A stretch of DNA of 64,000 bases, taken from the NCBI GenBank assembly GCA_963709585.1, contig CAVPXI010000004.1:170547-234546 (forward strand). Direction: 5' to 3'. Below, one piece after another: positions 53,495 to 63,157 of the stretch. The notes under the pieces are model-generated. The model was not told the origin of the DNA. It ran no database searches and was given only the letters and a program-made list of their open reading frames with translations. A program made the position numbers and the translations under genes. This DNA comes from Candidatus Dormiibacterota bacterium. Its GTDB lineage: Bacteria > Chloroflexota > Dormibacteria > Aeolococcales > Aeolococcaceae. The number at the start of each line of letters is the position of its first letter. Within the stretch, counting starts at the first letter, position 1.

Positions 53495-54000
53495 CAGGTG
53501 AGCCGGGTCAGGTCGGCGCTCACGCCGGACAGGGTCCCGAGGAATCGATCGACGATGTTGCCCTTGGCGTCGACGATGATCACCGTCGGCGGCGCCGCGA
53601 CGTTGTACTCGGAGGCGATTACTTCGCTCGCGTCGTTGACGCTCGGGTAGGCGACGTTGTAATGCCGTTCGTAGGCGGCTCCATTGGCGCTGGATTCCTG
53701 CTCGTCCACACCGAGGAACAACACGCCTTTCGGCGCCCATTGCGCCCCAAGCGTGTTGAGGTCCGGTTGCTCGGCGTTGCACGGGGCGCACCACGATCCC
53801 CAGAAGTCGATGACCACGACGTGCCCGCGCGTCGACGACCAGACGAACGGCGCCCCGGACAGGGTCGGGGCGGTGATCGGCGTCGCCGGGCCGGTCGGCC
53901 CGTTGCCCAGGCTCGGCACGGAGGAGAGCTCCTGCTGCAGCCCGCACCCGGCCACCATCACGGTGCACGCGAATGCGGTCACGAGAATGCGCACGTTCAC
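53494..54000 (-). CDS. TlpA family thiol-disulfide oxidoreductase lipoprotein
   Basis: Lipobox VAGCG and thioredoxin motif WGSWCAPC. Confidence 0.8.
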   Translation of the reverse strand: MNVRILVTAFACTVMVAGCGLQQELSSVPSLGNGPTGPATPITAPTLSGAPFVWSSTRGHVVVIDFWGSWCAPCNAEQPDLNTLGAQWAPKGVLFLGVDEQESSANGAAYERHYNVAYPSVNDASEVIASEYNVAAPPTVIIVDAKGNIVDRFLGTLSGVSADLTRLT

Positions 54001-54824
54001 GGCGTGACCGCCATGTCCTCGAGCACGCTGCGTGCCAGGTTCTGGTCACCTTCGACGATAACTCGCGAGCGGGCACCGGGGTCATCGGATCGTCCGCAGG
54101 CGAGCACCGTCAGCGTCGACAGGTCGAGCCGCAGCGTCAACGCCGGCCCCGCGGGAACGGTCGCTGCGGACCGCCCTTGCTCGCCGTCGAACGTGATCGA
54201 GCGCAGGGCGCCAGCGGGGCCGATGACGTCGAAGACGATCACCGTTCCGGCGGGCGGTCCGAGGCGCTCCTGGGCTCGATTGCCCACGCCCATCAGCATC
54301 CGCTCGCGGCTGTGCGCCGCGGGGAGACCGTCAAGCCCACCGGGCTCATGCAGGGCGCGGCGGATATCCTGCTCGTGAGCCCAGAGATCGAACACCCGGA
54401 TGGCAAGCAGCGAACGCATCCTGGCCTCACCGAAGAGTCCACGACCCATCTCGTCGAGCTGCAAGTCCTCGAGGGTCGCCAGACGGGCCATCCGCTCCGC
54501 CGTGACGTCGCGATATTCGGCGAGCAGGTCCGCCAGGGGGACGCCACGCCGGGCGTCGACACCAACCTCCATGAACACCCCGGGTTTGCTTCGAATGTAC
54601 GGGAGGCCGTCGGGCACGATGTGTTCGGCGCGCGCCCGCCCGACCAGGATGCTTTCGAGATCGGTGATGTGGGCGACATGGTCGCGCACCGTCCAGCCGG
54701 GACACCCGGTGGCGCGCATCGCCCGCTGGTCGTCGAGCGCTTCAGCCAGCTCGCCGACGTTCGAGAAGATCTCGGCGTAGGCGGTGCGGAAGCCATCCGC
54801 GGAGCTGATGTTCCCGCTCTCCAT
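53997..54824 (-). CDS. maleylpyruvate isomerase family mycothiol-dependent enzyme (TIGR03083-like)
   Basis: N-terminal DinB_2-like domain (WTVRDHVAHI). Internal start MESGNISS. Confidence 0.6.
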   Translation of the reverse strand: MESGNISSADGFRTAYAEIFSNVGELAEALDDQRAMRATGCPGWTVRDHVAHITDLESILVGRARAEHIVPDGLPYIRSKPGVFMEVGVDARRGVPLADLLAEYRDVTAERMARLATLEDLQLDEMGRGLFGEARMRSLLAIRVFDLWAHEQDIRRALHEPGGLDGLPAAHSRERMLMGVGNRAQERLGPPAGTVIVFDVIGPAGALRSITFDGEQGRSAATVPAGPALTLRLDLSTLTVLACGRSDDPGARSRVIVEGDQNLARSVLEDMAVTP

Positions 54825-54861
54825 CGACGTGCAGCCTAGCGCGTCGCCACAATCAATCGCG

Positions 54862-55599
54862 ATGCGACCAGGTGCAGATTCCGGCGGCGCGGCCGGAATG
54901 ACCGCCGTCAACTCGTCGGGGTTTCCGGCTCCGGCGGGCGTCTACGCCGTCCCGGTCGTGCTTGCGCCACTGTCGGGGCGGCTCCACGTGCTGCTCGTGC
55001 AGCGCGCGGAGGCGCCGTTCGCGGGGACGTGGGTGCTCCCCGGTGGCTTCATGAGCCCGAGCGAGCGGCCCGAGGAGACCGCCCAGCGCAAGCTCACCGA
55101 GAAGACCGGGGTGGGCGCCGTGTACCTTGAGCAGCTGGAGACGTACGGCGACCCACAGCGCGACCCGCGTGGCTGGATTCCCACGGTCGCGTACCTGGCC
55201 CTCATCGACGCGGCGGTGCTGCGGGCCGACAAGTCCAGCGCGAGGTGGGAACCGGTCGACGCGCTCCCGCCGCTGGGGTTCGACCACGCGCGCATTGTCG
55301 TCGACGCCGTGGAACGGTTGCGCGGCAAGCTCTGGTGGTCGAACATCGCCGTCGGGCTGCTCCCGGAGCGTTTCACCATGCCCCAGGCCAGACACGTGTT
55401 CGAGGCGATCAGCGGTGTGACGTACGAACCGTCGAACTTCCGGCGCGAGCTGGAGCAGTCCGGGCTGGTGCGAGCGACCGGCTCGCTCGCCAAAGGTGGT
55501 CCTGGACGCCCAGCTGCGATGTACGAGTTCGTCGAGCGACAACCGGCATGGAGCCTGCGCCGCTCGCGTCCGCCGGCGATGGTGCGACGCCGAGTGTGA
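54862..55599 (+). CDS. NrtR-like NUDIX hydrolase with C-terminal winged-helix domain
   Basis: Nudix box GTWVLPGGF...ETAQRKLTEKTGV, then a C-terminal wHTH-like region (FTMPQARHVFEAISG...FRRELEQSGLV). Start uncertain, either 54862 or 54898. Confidence 0.6.
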   Translation: MRPGADSGGAAGMTAVNSSGFPAPAGVYAVPVVLAPLSGRLHVLLVQRAEAPFAGTWVLPGGFMSPSERPEETAQRKLTEKTGVGAVYLEQLETYGDPQRDPRGWIPTVAYLALIDAAVLRADKSSARWEPVDALPPLGFDHARIVVDAVERLRGKLWWSNIAVGLLPERFTMPQARHVFEAISGVTYEPSNFRRELEQSGLVRATGSLAKGGPGRPAAMYEFVERQPAWSLRRSRPPAMVRRRV

Positions 55600-55697
55600 C
55601 CCGCGGCAGCCCGGCTTCACTCAAAACCACGCGCATCGTTCACGATTCCGGCAATCGGGCGCCCACCTCCGAGTGCCCTCCGTGAGGAGACCTGACG

Positions 55698-56213
55698 ATG
55701 ACAGACCAACCCATGCGGCCCATACCGATTCCCAGGGTGGAAGAGCTGTTCACGCACATTCCGCATCCGCGCATCGCGCAGCGCAAGCACGAGAAGCCGG
55801 TGAAAGTCGACGACGGGCGTGTTGGGGTCAACGGCAAGGTCGCGCTGATCATCACCGCGGTGGTCGGGACGATGTGGTGCGCCTACATCTTTACGTTGAT
55901 CGCGTTGATCTCGCTACCGTCGGCGATCTCCAGCGGGCAGGCGATCGTGATCGTGGCCTGGATCGCGCAGACGTTCATCCAATTGGTATTGCTGCCGATC
56001 ATCATCGTCGGACAGAACATCCAGGGCAAAGCGGCTGACAAGCGCTCCGAGCAGACGTACGCGGATGCCGAGGCGATCCTCAGCGAGTGCCTGCAACTTC
56101 AGGCGCATCTCCAGGCGCAGGACACGGTGCTCGACAACGTCGTCGCGCACGTGAAGGAGCATCACGTGGAGTTGCAGAAGCTCTCCGCGAGAGTTGGACC
56201 CGCGCCCGCATAG
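55698..56213 (+). CDS. DUF1003 domain-containing membrane protein
   Basis: Two TM helices followed by a coiled-coil-like C-terminus. Matches the DUF1003 pattern (LIITAVVGTMWCAYIFTLIALISLP...). Confidence 0.55.
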   Translation: MTDQPMRPIPIPRVEELFTHIPHPRIAQRKHEKPVKVDDGRVGVNGKVALIITAVVGTMWCAYIFTLIALISLPSAISSGQAIVIVAWIAQTFIQLVLLPIIIVGQNIQGKAADKRSEQTYADAEAILSECLQLQAHLQAQDTVLDNVVAHVKEHHVELQKLSARVGPAPA

Positions 56214-56329
56214 GCGCGGGCCGGCGCCCGGGCCTGAGCCATCATCGTGCGTCGCGGGGGTGTCTCCGGCATCTAGCGTTCTGGTGTGCCGTCTGCCCAT
56301 ATCAGCACACCCGTGCGGCGGTGACCGTG

Positions 56330-57334
56330 ATGACGTGCGCGCTCGGTCCGGACGCAGCGGGCACGGTGCTCATGCAGGTCCTGCGCGGTGCGCGTCGCAG
56401 CATCGACGGGGCGATCTACGAGGTCGGGCCGTCGTACCGGTGGGCGCTGGTCCGGGCGGCGGAGCGTGGGCTGCGGGTCCGCCTGGTGCTCGACGCGCAT
56501 ATCTCTGACGGCAATGGCGCGACCGCGCGGGCGCTGATCGCCGCCGGCGGCGAGTGTCGCGTGGCCGGACTGGGAGTGGACGCGGCGCATGGAAAGCTGC
56601 TGGTCGTGGACTCGACGGTGGCCGTCGGGACCGGGAACCTGATCTGGCGGGACGCCCCGCGAGAACGCCACAGTGGCTCGCTTCTTGCCGGGACGCGTGA
56701 GTGGTGGGTGACGGCAGCCGGGTCGCGGCGGCTGCATTGCGCCGCCGCCGAGGCGTTCCATGCTCACTGGACCACGGCCACGGCGCCTCCGCCGGCGTGG
56801 GGCGCGGCCCCACAGCGGGTGGCGCCCCCGATCGGCACGCCGATGCCCCAGTTTGCGCCGAGGACCCTCTGCGTGGCGTCGCGCCGGCTTCGCCTGATCA
56901 TTGGAGGAGCCGAGGTCGGGCGGACGTTGCGGGCGATGATCATCGCCGCCCGCCGGCGGGTGCTGGTGACCGTCCCGTACGCGCATCCGAGTGCCCTGCC
57001 GGTTCGCGACCTGCTCGATCGGATGACCGAGGCATCGTCACGCGGGGTCGCCTGCGCACTCCTGCTCGGCGGCATTCCTGACCCGAACGATGCCCACGCG
57101 CTGACCGCATTGCCGTTCCCGGTACGCCGGATGGACCCGGCTCGCTCCACGTCGGGCCATGCCAAGGGCATGGTCGCGGACGCCTCGGCGCTCGTCTCCT
57201 CGGCGAATTGGAGCGCATCTGGCCTGGGTGGCAACTGGGAGGCAGCGCTGCGCATCGACCACCCCGGCGCGGCCGCATACTACGCCGCCGCCTGGCGTCG
57301 CGATTGGGAGACAGGTCTCCGGATCGAGGTTTGA
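56330..57334 (+). CDS. phospholipase D-like domain protein (two HKD motifs)
   Basis: HxKx4D motifs HGKLLVVD and HAKGMVAD. Internal ATG start at 56330. Confidence 0.65.
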   Translation: MTCALGPDAAGTVLMQVLRGARRSIDGAIYEVGPSYRWALVRAAERGLRVRLVLDAHISDGNGATARALIAAGGECRVAGLGVDAAHGKLLVVDSTVAVGTGNLIWRDAPRERHSGSLLAGTREWWVTAAGSRRLHCAAAEAFHAHWTTATAPPPAWGAAPQRVAPPIGTPMPQFAPRTLCVASRRLRLIIGGAEVGRTLRAMIIAARRRVLVTVPYAHPSALPVRDLLDRMTEASSRGVACALLLGGIPDPNDAHALTALPFPVRRMDPARSTSGHAKGMVADASALVSSANWSASGLGGNWEAALRIDHPGAAAYYAAAWRRDWETGLRIEV

Positions 57335-57363
57335 CGCCGGAAAGGCCCGGCTATTCTGTTCGG

Positions 57364-60027
57364 ATGCCCGACGTCGAGCCACCGGGGCCCTCCGACCCCG
57401 CTCCGGCCGCTCCCGGACCCGCTTCGCTGACGCTCCCGGCGGTCCCGCTCCGGGACAACGTCGTCTTTCCTTCGCAACTTGCGCCGCTCGCCGCTGGCCG
57501 GCCTCGTTCGGTCGCCGCCCTCGAGGCTGCCGTGAACGGAGACGGGCGTGTAGTCCTGGCGATCCAGCGCGATGCCGAGCGTGACGAAGCCTCGATCGAC
57601 GACGTGCATACGATCGCCGTCATCGCCCATGTCGGCGCATTCCGGCGGCTGCCGGGCGGCGGCGCCCACGCGCTCGTCGAAGGCAAGGAGCGCGTGCGCA
57701 TCGATGCCTTCGACGCCTCGGGTGACGCCTGGATCGCGACGGTCACGCCGATCCCGATCGAGACCGTCGAAGGCACCGAGGTGGACGCGCTCTTCGGGTC
57801 GGTCCGCACGCTCTTCGCCGAATACGTCAACGCGGGCGCTCAAGTCGGCGCCGATACCGCGGTCGCGATGGCCCGCGCCTCCCAGCCCGAGTTGATCGCC
57901 GACATTGCCAGCACGTGTCCCGATTTCGGATTCGACGATCGCGTCGCCCTGCTGCAGGAGACCGACACGATCGCGCGCCTGCGCAAGCTCATCCCGCTGC
58001 TCGCGCGCGAAGTCGAGGTCGCGCAACTGCGCACCAAGATTCACGAGGACGTCCAGAAGACGATCAACAACTCGCAGCGCGAGCACATCCTTCGCGAGCA
58101 GTTGCGCGCCATCCGCAAGGAGCTCTCCGAGCTTGACGACGCCGGCGAGGACGACGAAGACCTGAGCGCGCGTGTCGAAAAAGCGGGCATGCCCGACAAC
58201 GTCAAACAGCGCGTCCTCAAGGAAGTCCATCGCCTCGAGCAGATCCCGAGCGCCTCACCCGAAATGGGCATGGTCCGCACCTGGGTGGACTGGCTCCTCG
58301 ACCTCCCCTGGTCCGACCCACCTGCCGAGACACTCGACATCGAACGCGCCGCCGCGATCCTCGACGAAGACCACTACGGCCTGACGAAAGTCAAGGACCG
58401 CATCCTCGAATGGCTCGCCGTCCGCGAACGCATCCGAGCCAAGAGCCTCGCCGAGCTCGCGGCAGCAGAGGCAGCGAAAGCAGAGTCAGAGAGTGCAGCT
58501 CCGGTTGAAGCGGGCGTTGCCAGCGAAGACGCCGCCCAGGAGGCGGAGGAAGGCGCGACCATCGGAACCGCTCCGACAGGACCCGCCGCACTCGTGCCCG
58601 CGCCCTCAGGACAAGCCGCACTCAACACAGCTCCCAAAAGGCGCACCTTGCAGACCCCGATCCTGTGTTTTGTCGGTCCGCCAGGCGTCGGCAAGACGTC
58701 GCTCGGCCGCAGTATCGCAAGAGCACTCGACCGCAAGTTCGTGCGCATGAGCCTTGGCGGCATCCGCGATGAGGCCGAAATTCGAGGCCATCGTCGCACG
58801 TACATCGGAGCATTGCCGGGACGGATCATCCAGTCGATGCGCACGGCCGGGACGCGCAACGCGGTCATAATGCTCGACGAGATCGACAAGGTGGGCGCCG
58901 ACTTTCGAGGGGATCCGTCGGCGGCATTGCTCGAGGTGCTCGATCCGGAACAGAACTGGGAATTCAGCGACCATTATCTCGAGGTCCCGTATGACCTCTC
59001 GCAGGTGCTGTTCATCACCACCGCGAACATCGCCGAGACCATCAGCCCACCGCTTCGCGACCGGATGGAGATCATCCGCATCACCGGATACACCGAGCAG
59101 GAGAAGGTCCAGATCGCGGAGCGCCATCTTGTTCCCCGACAGCTCGATCAGCATTCGCTCGACGCGAATGAGCTGACGATTCCACGCGACACCATCATCG
59201 CGATGCTCCATGGATACACGCGCGAAGCCGGTGTCCGTCAACTCGACCGCACCATCGCCGAGGTCGCGCGCAAAGTGCCGCGCAAGCTCGCTGCCGGTGC
59301 GACGCCTCCCGTGGTCATCACCCCCGAGGACCTGTCCGACCTTCTCGGTCCCCGGCGGCACGACTACGGCGAGGCGCAGGAACAGGATGAGATCGGTGCG
59401 GTCACCGGGGTCGTGGTCAGCGAGGTGGGCGGCGACATCATCACCGTCGAGGCGCTTGCGATCGAGACCAAGCCGGACCTGGTGCTGACCGGGCAACTCG
59501 GCAGCGTCATGGAGGAATCCGCCCGCGCCGCACTGTCGTGGGCGAAGGTGCATGCGGTCGAATACGGCGCGCCGCGAGATTTCTTTGACACCCATGCGAT
59601 CCACGTGCACGTCCCCGCCGGTGCGATCCCCAAGGATGGTCCGTCGGCAGGAGTGACCATGGCGACGGCGATGGTGTCGGTGGCGTCCGGCCGCCGGGTG
59701 CGGCGCGACCTCGCGATGACCGGCGAAGTCACCTTGCGCGGCAAGGTGCTGCCCATCGGCGGTGTCAAGGACAAGCTGCTCGCGGCGCATCGCTCCGGAT
59801 TGAAGACGTTCATCCTGCCCGCCAAGAACGTGCGCGACCTGTACGAAGTTGACAAGGAGATCCTCGACGCGATCGTCGTGGTGCCGGTCGATAACGTGGG
59901 CGAGGTGCTCGACCGCGCCCTGGTCGAGTCGGACGCGCCGCGCCGGCGCGAACGTAGGGGTGCGGGATTCGTGCTCCCGATCACCGCTGCTGACGTCATA
60001 GGCCCGATCAACGCCGGCCCCGCCTAG
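57364..60027 (+). CDS. lon: endopeptidase La (Lon protease, LonA type)
   Basis: LAN N-terminal domain, AAA+ Walker A GPPGVGKTS, sensor motifs and a protease domain with catalytic PKDGPSAG...K. There is an unusual Ala/Glu-rich insertion before the AAA+ module. Confidence 0.9.
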   Translation: MPDVEPPGPSDPAPAAPGPASLTLPAVPLRDNVVFPSQLAPLAAGRPRSVAALEAAVNGDGRVVLAIQRDAERDEASIDDVHTIAVIAHVGAFRRLPGGGAHALVEGKERVRIDAFDASGDAWIATVTPIPIETVEGTEVDALFGSVRTLFAEYVNAGAQVGADTAVAMARASQPELIADIASTCPDFGFDDRVALLQETDTIARLRKLIPLLAREVEVAQLRTKIHEDVQKTINNSQREHILREQLRAIRKELSELDDAGEDDEDLSARVEKAGMPDNVKQRVLKEVHRLEQIPSASPEMGMVRTWVDWLLDLPWSDPPAETLDIERAAAILDEDHYGLTKVKDRILEWLAVRERIRAKSLAELAAAEAAKAESESAAPVEAGVASEDAAQEAEEGATIGTAPTGPAALVPAPSGQAALNTAPKRRTLQTPILCFVGPPGVGKTSLGRSIARALDRKFVRMSLGGIRDEAEIRGHRRTYIGALPGRIIQSMRTAGTRNAVIMLDEIDKVGADFRGDPSAALLEVLDPEQNWEFSDHYLEVPYDLSQVLFITTANIAETISPPLRDRMEIIRITGYTEQEKVQIAERHLVPRQLDQHSLDANELTIPRDTIIAMLHGYTREAGVRQLDRTIAEVARKVPRKLAAGATPPVVITPEDLSDLLGPRRHDYGEAQEQDEIGAVTGVVVSEVGGDIITVEALAIETKPDLVLTGQLGSVMEESARAALSWAKVHAVEYGAPRDFFDTHAIHVHVPAGAIPKDGPSAGVTMATAMVSVASGRRVRRDLAMTGEVTLRGKVLPIGGVKDKLLAAHRSGLKTFILPAKNVRDLYEVDKEILDAIVVVPVDNVGEVLDRALVESDAPRRRERRGAGFVLPITAADVIGPINAGPA

Positions 60028-60037
60028 TCTTTCGGTC

Positions 60038-60691
60038 GTGACCGACACGCTCCGCGACCTCGTCGAACTGGCAATCGTCGTCGATCCCACGTTCGATCAG
60101 AACTGCTACGTGCTGCGCCGGCGCGACACCACCGACGTGCTGATCGTCGACCCCGGATTGCAGCATCCGCAGGCACTCGCGCTGCTCGAGCAGGGTGGAT
60201 TGCGCTGTGATCGGATCCTGCTCACCCATGGTCATCCCGACCACGTGAGTGGGGTCCCGGCCGTCAAGGCCGCCTTCGGATGCGCGGCCGCGATCCATCC
60301 CGATGATCGCGAACAACTCGAGGCGGTGCATTATCTTCCCGGCGTTCCCGATGACCTTCCCGATGTGGTCTGCGAGGAAGATCTGAAGGACGGCGAGCTG
60401 CTTCGCTGGCACGGCCTCGACATCGAGGTGGTGCACACGCCGGGTCACACGCGCGGCTCGGTGTGCTTCCGCATCGGACCGGATCTGCTCTCTGGCGACA
60501 CGCTCTTCAACCGGGGTGTCGGTCGCTGCGATCTGCCCGGCGGGTCGTGGCCCGCACTCGTCTTTTCGATCGAGCAGCGCATCTACACGCTGCCTCCCGA
60601 GACGGTCGTCTACCCCGGGCACGGCCAGCGGACCACGGTGGAGGAGGAGATGCACGCCAACCCGTTTGTGGTGCATCCGCGATACCGCTGA
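60038..60691 (+). CDS. MBL-fold metallo-hydrolase (glyoxalase II-like)
   Basis: THGHPDH, HTPGHT and a D..H C-terminal motif. GTG start. Confidence 0.75.
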   Translation: MTDTLRDLVELAIVVDPTFDQNCYVLRRRDTTDVLIVDPGLQHPQALALLEQGGLRCDRILLTHGHPDHVSGVPAVKAAFGCAAAIHPDDREQLEAVHYLPGVPDDLPDVVCEEDLKDGELLRWHGLDIEVVHTPGHTRGSVCFRIGPDLLSGDTLFNRGVGRCDLPGGSWPALVFSIEQRIYTLPPETVVYPGHGQRTTVEEEMHANPFVVHPRYR

Positions 60692-60728
60692 TCCCGGGAG
60701 CGTGTGCTACGGTGATCGAGAGGGGGCG

Positions 60729-61361
60729 ATGAGAATGAGCTACATCATGCGTGCAACACTGGCGATCGGCGCCTGCGCGGTCATGGGCGCGACCGCCGGA
60801 TGCGGCGGCGATGCAACGATCGCAAACAAGATATCGGACCCCGCCGCCGGACTCCCGTCGGTATCGGCTTCGCCCTCCGTCTGTGCCAATCCTCAGGTCA
60901 CCTCCGCGACGTCTCCAGTCACCCGGCTCGCGCTCACTGTCAGCGATCTTCCCGCCGGTGGACCGCCGCTGGAGCAGATCAGCGACGGTGAGATGAACAA
61001 GACGGCGAATACCGATCAACGTGGATTTGCAAATACCGGCAACACCTATCGCGTCGAGGATGACGTCGTGCTCGACACCTCGACGCAGGCGGCGGGCGCG
61101 GACTATCCGCAGTTGCGCGATGCGGTGAAGGCGCAGTTTGCGACGCTCACGAGCACATCGTCGCCGGCGACGCTCGGCTGTCAGGCCGATGAGTTCGTGG
61201 GCAAGGCATCGACCGGCTACAGCCAGGTCGGCATGGCGTTTCAGGACGGCGATGTCATCGTTGTGGTTCTGGTGGTCAACTCCGCGGGTCCGGTCGATGC
61301 GGCGTTCGCCTCGGCGGTCGCATTGGCGCAGGATCAAAAGATCGTCGCTACGGCGACCTGA
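60729..61361 (+). CDS. hypothetical lipoprotein
   Basis: Signal peptide plus lipobox (LAIGACAVMGATAGCGG). No recognised domain. Confidence 0.5.
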   Translation: MRMSYIMRATLAIGACAVMGATAGCGGDATIANKISDPAAGLPSVSASPSVCANPQVTSATSPVTRLALTVSDLPAGGPPLEQISDGEMNKTANTDQRGFANTGNTYRVEDDVVLDTSTQAAGADYPQLRDAVKAQFATLTSTSSPATLGCQADEFVGKASTGYSQVGMAFQDGDVIVVVLVVNSAGPVDAAFASAVALAQDQKIVATAT

Positions 61362-61364
61362 CCG

Positions 61365-61946
61365 TCAGTCGGTCCTCCCCAGGCGCTCCAGGAGCTCGTG
61401 CAGGATCGCGCCGGTGACGCCCCAGATGACGCGACCCGACGCCTCGTAGTAGTGCACCCGGCCGCGCATGCCGTTGCGTTCTATCTCTCGAACGGTGTGC
61501 GGCGCCGTCATGAGGTCGGCGATATCGATGCGAAACCATTCCGCGATCTCGAAGTCGTCCGTTCGCAACTCGATCGGACCGCGCTGCAGCCCGACGACGG
61601 GCGTGAGCCAGCGACCGGATACCACCGTCGAGAAGGGGGAGAGGACGCCGAGAACCTCGACGCGGTCGGGTTGGATGCCCAGCTCCTCCTCGGCTTCGCG
61701 CAGTGCTGTGGCGATCACGCCGACATCGACCATCTCAGTGCCGCCACCCGGGAACGCGATCTGACCGGGGTGGTGGCGAAGCTCCTCGGAGCGGAGCACG
61801 AAGAGCAGCGGCACCCCGGGTGTTGCCGGATCGCACAGGAGCAACACCAACGCCGGCCGAAGGCCGTCAGGCGCGATGTCCACCAGCTCGCGCGGATCGC
61901 GGACCGCCCTGCGGAGTCGATCGATGATCGACGCTGCGGTTGTCAT
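61365..61946 (-). CDS. NUDIX hydrolase (CoA pyrophosphatase NudL-like)
   Basis: Nudix box with the upstream LRHHPGQIAFPGGGTE motif typical of CoA pyrophosphatases, and REAEEELGI. Confidence 0.7.
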   Translation of the reverse strand: MTTAASIIDRLRRAVRDPRELVDIAPDGLRPALVLLLCDPATPGVPLLFVLRSEELRHHPGQIAFPGGGTEMVDVGVIATALREAEEELGIQPDRVEVLGVLSPFSTVVSGRWLTPVVGLQRGPIELRTDDFEIAEWFRIDIADLMTAPHTVREIERNGMRGRVHYYEASGRVIWGVTGAILHELLERLGRTD

Positions 61947-61996
61947 CGGGCGACCCTGCAGCCTGCGCACCGGGTCGAGGCCGTACGCTTGGGCCG

Positions 61997-62287
61997 ATGA
62001 GCGCCGCAACGCCTGCTGAGACAAAGCCTCGACGACGCTGTGCGAAATGTGGTGGCGAGTTGCGCTTCTCGCACCGCGAGTACGCCGGCCGGGGAACGGC
62101 GGCCGCGGTCCTGCGTTGTGCCGCATGCGGTGACGTGATCCATGACGCAGCGCGTGAAACCGTCCAGGCGCCGCAACGCCATACGTCGAAACGTCATCGC
62201 GATCTGGACGAGGGCCCTCCTCCGAACCCGGTCATCGATCCGGAGCTTGCCGCGCGGCTGCTGGAATCGAGCGGCGATCCCGGCTGA
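61997..62287 (+). CDS. hypothetical zinc-ribbon protein
   Basis: CxxC...CxxC motif (CAKCGGEL...CAACGDV). Short ORF, low confidence. Confidence 0.3.
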   Translation: MSAATPAETKPRRRCAKCGGELRFSHREYAGRGTAAAVLRCAACGDVIHDAARETVQAPQRHTSKRHRDLDEGPPPNPVIDPELAARLLESSGDPG

Positions 62288-62288
62288 T

Positions 62289-63095
62289 TCATCGTCCCGC
62301 GGTCGCGGTCGCGCGCCCCGCCGGTGCGAAGCGCTCGAACCACTGCAGAACCTGGGCATTGACGGTGTCGCGGTCGACATCGACGGAGATCGCGTGGCCG
62401 CTTCGCGGCAGCATCGTCAGCTCCACCGCAGCGCTGCCGATCAGCCTTCGCGCGATCTCTCGCGCGCAGCGCGGATCGATGGATCGATCCCGTTCGCCAT
62501 GCAGGACCAGCACCGGGGCGCGGATCTCGGCGAGCTGGTTGCGGACTGCGGCGCACAGGCGGCGGAGCTCGTCGATGCTCCGCGTGGGACGGAGGCCGTA
62601 GCTGTACAGCTCCTCGACCGCGTCGGGGTGCCAGAGGTCGACGTCGTCGCCCGCGCGGTGCCAGCGCACCACCCGTTTGATCACCGGCAGCAACGGCGCA
62701 AGCGGCCCGCTCAACCAGATCGGCGCCGCCAGCGACGCGACCGCGCGGACGCGCAGATCGCGCGCGGCGAGGTGAAGCGCGAGCGTCGCACCCATCGACT
62801 GGCCTGCAACCACAACGGCGTCGCACTCGGAGGCGAGGTCGTCGAACGCCGCCGCGACACTCGCCGCCCAGTCCTGCCAGCGCGTCCCCTCGAGATCTTG
62901 CGGGGTTGTGCCGTGACCCGGGAGCACCGGTGCGTGGCACGTGAATCCGTGTGCGGCGAGCGTCTCGCCGAGGCGGCGCAACTCGGGCGGGGTACCCGCG
63001 AACCCATGGATCAGCAGCGCGCCCCGAGGGCCATCACCGAGGTGCCACGGCCGGACGGCGTCAGGGTCGAAAGGCGCGAGCGTGCGGGCGGTCAT
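62289..63095 (-). CDS. alpha/beta hydrolase (esterase/lipase)
   Basis: HGFAG oxyanion motif and nucleophile elbow GQSMGA. Internal start MTARTLAP. Confidence 0.7.
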   Translation of the reverse strand: MTARTLAPFDPDAVRPWHLGDGPRGALLIHGFAGTPPELRRLGETLAAHGFTCHAPVLPGHGTTPQDLEGTRWQDWAASVAAAFDDLASECDAVVVAGQSMGATLALHLAARDLRVRAVASLAAPIWLSGPLAPLLPVIKRVVRWHRAGDDVDLWHPDAVEELYSYGLRPTRSIDELRRLCAAVRNQLAEIRAPVLVLHGERDRSIDPRCAREIARRLIGSAAVELTMLPRSGHAISVDVDRDTVNAQVLQWFERFAPAGRATATAGR

Positions 63096-63157
63096 GACTT
63101 CGAGTATATGGATCGCCCTCGCGAGCCTCGGTGCTACCGTCGCCCGCCATGGGCGAG

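Noticed and set aside
53495-54085. N-terminal 197 codons of the 601-aa Grx-TrxR ORF
   Set aside because: Arg-rich, no domain, and antisense to the TlpA gene. The real start MAQVTVYG is at 53494.
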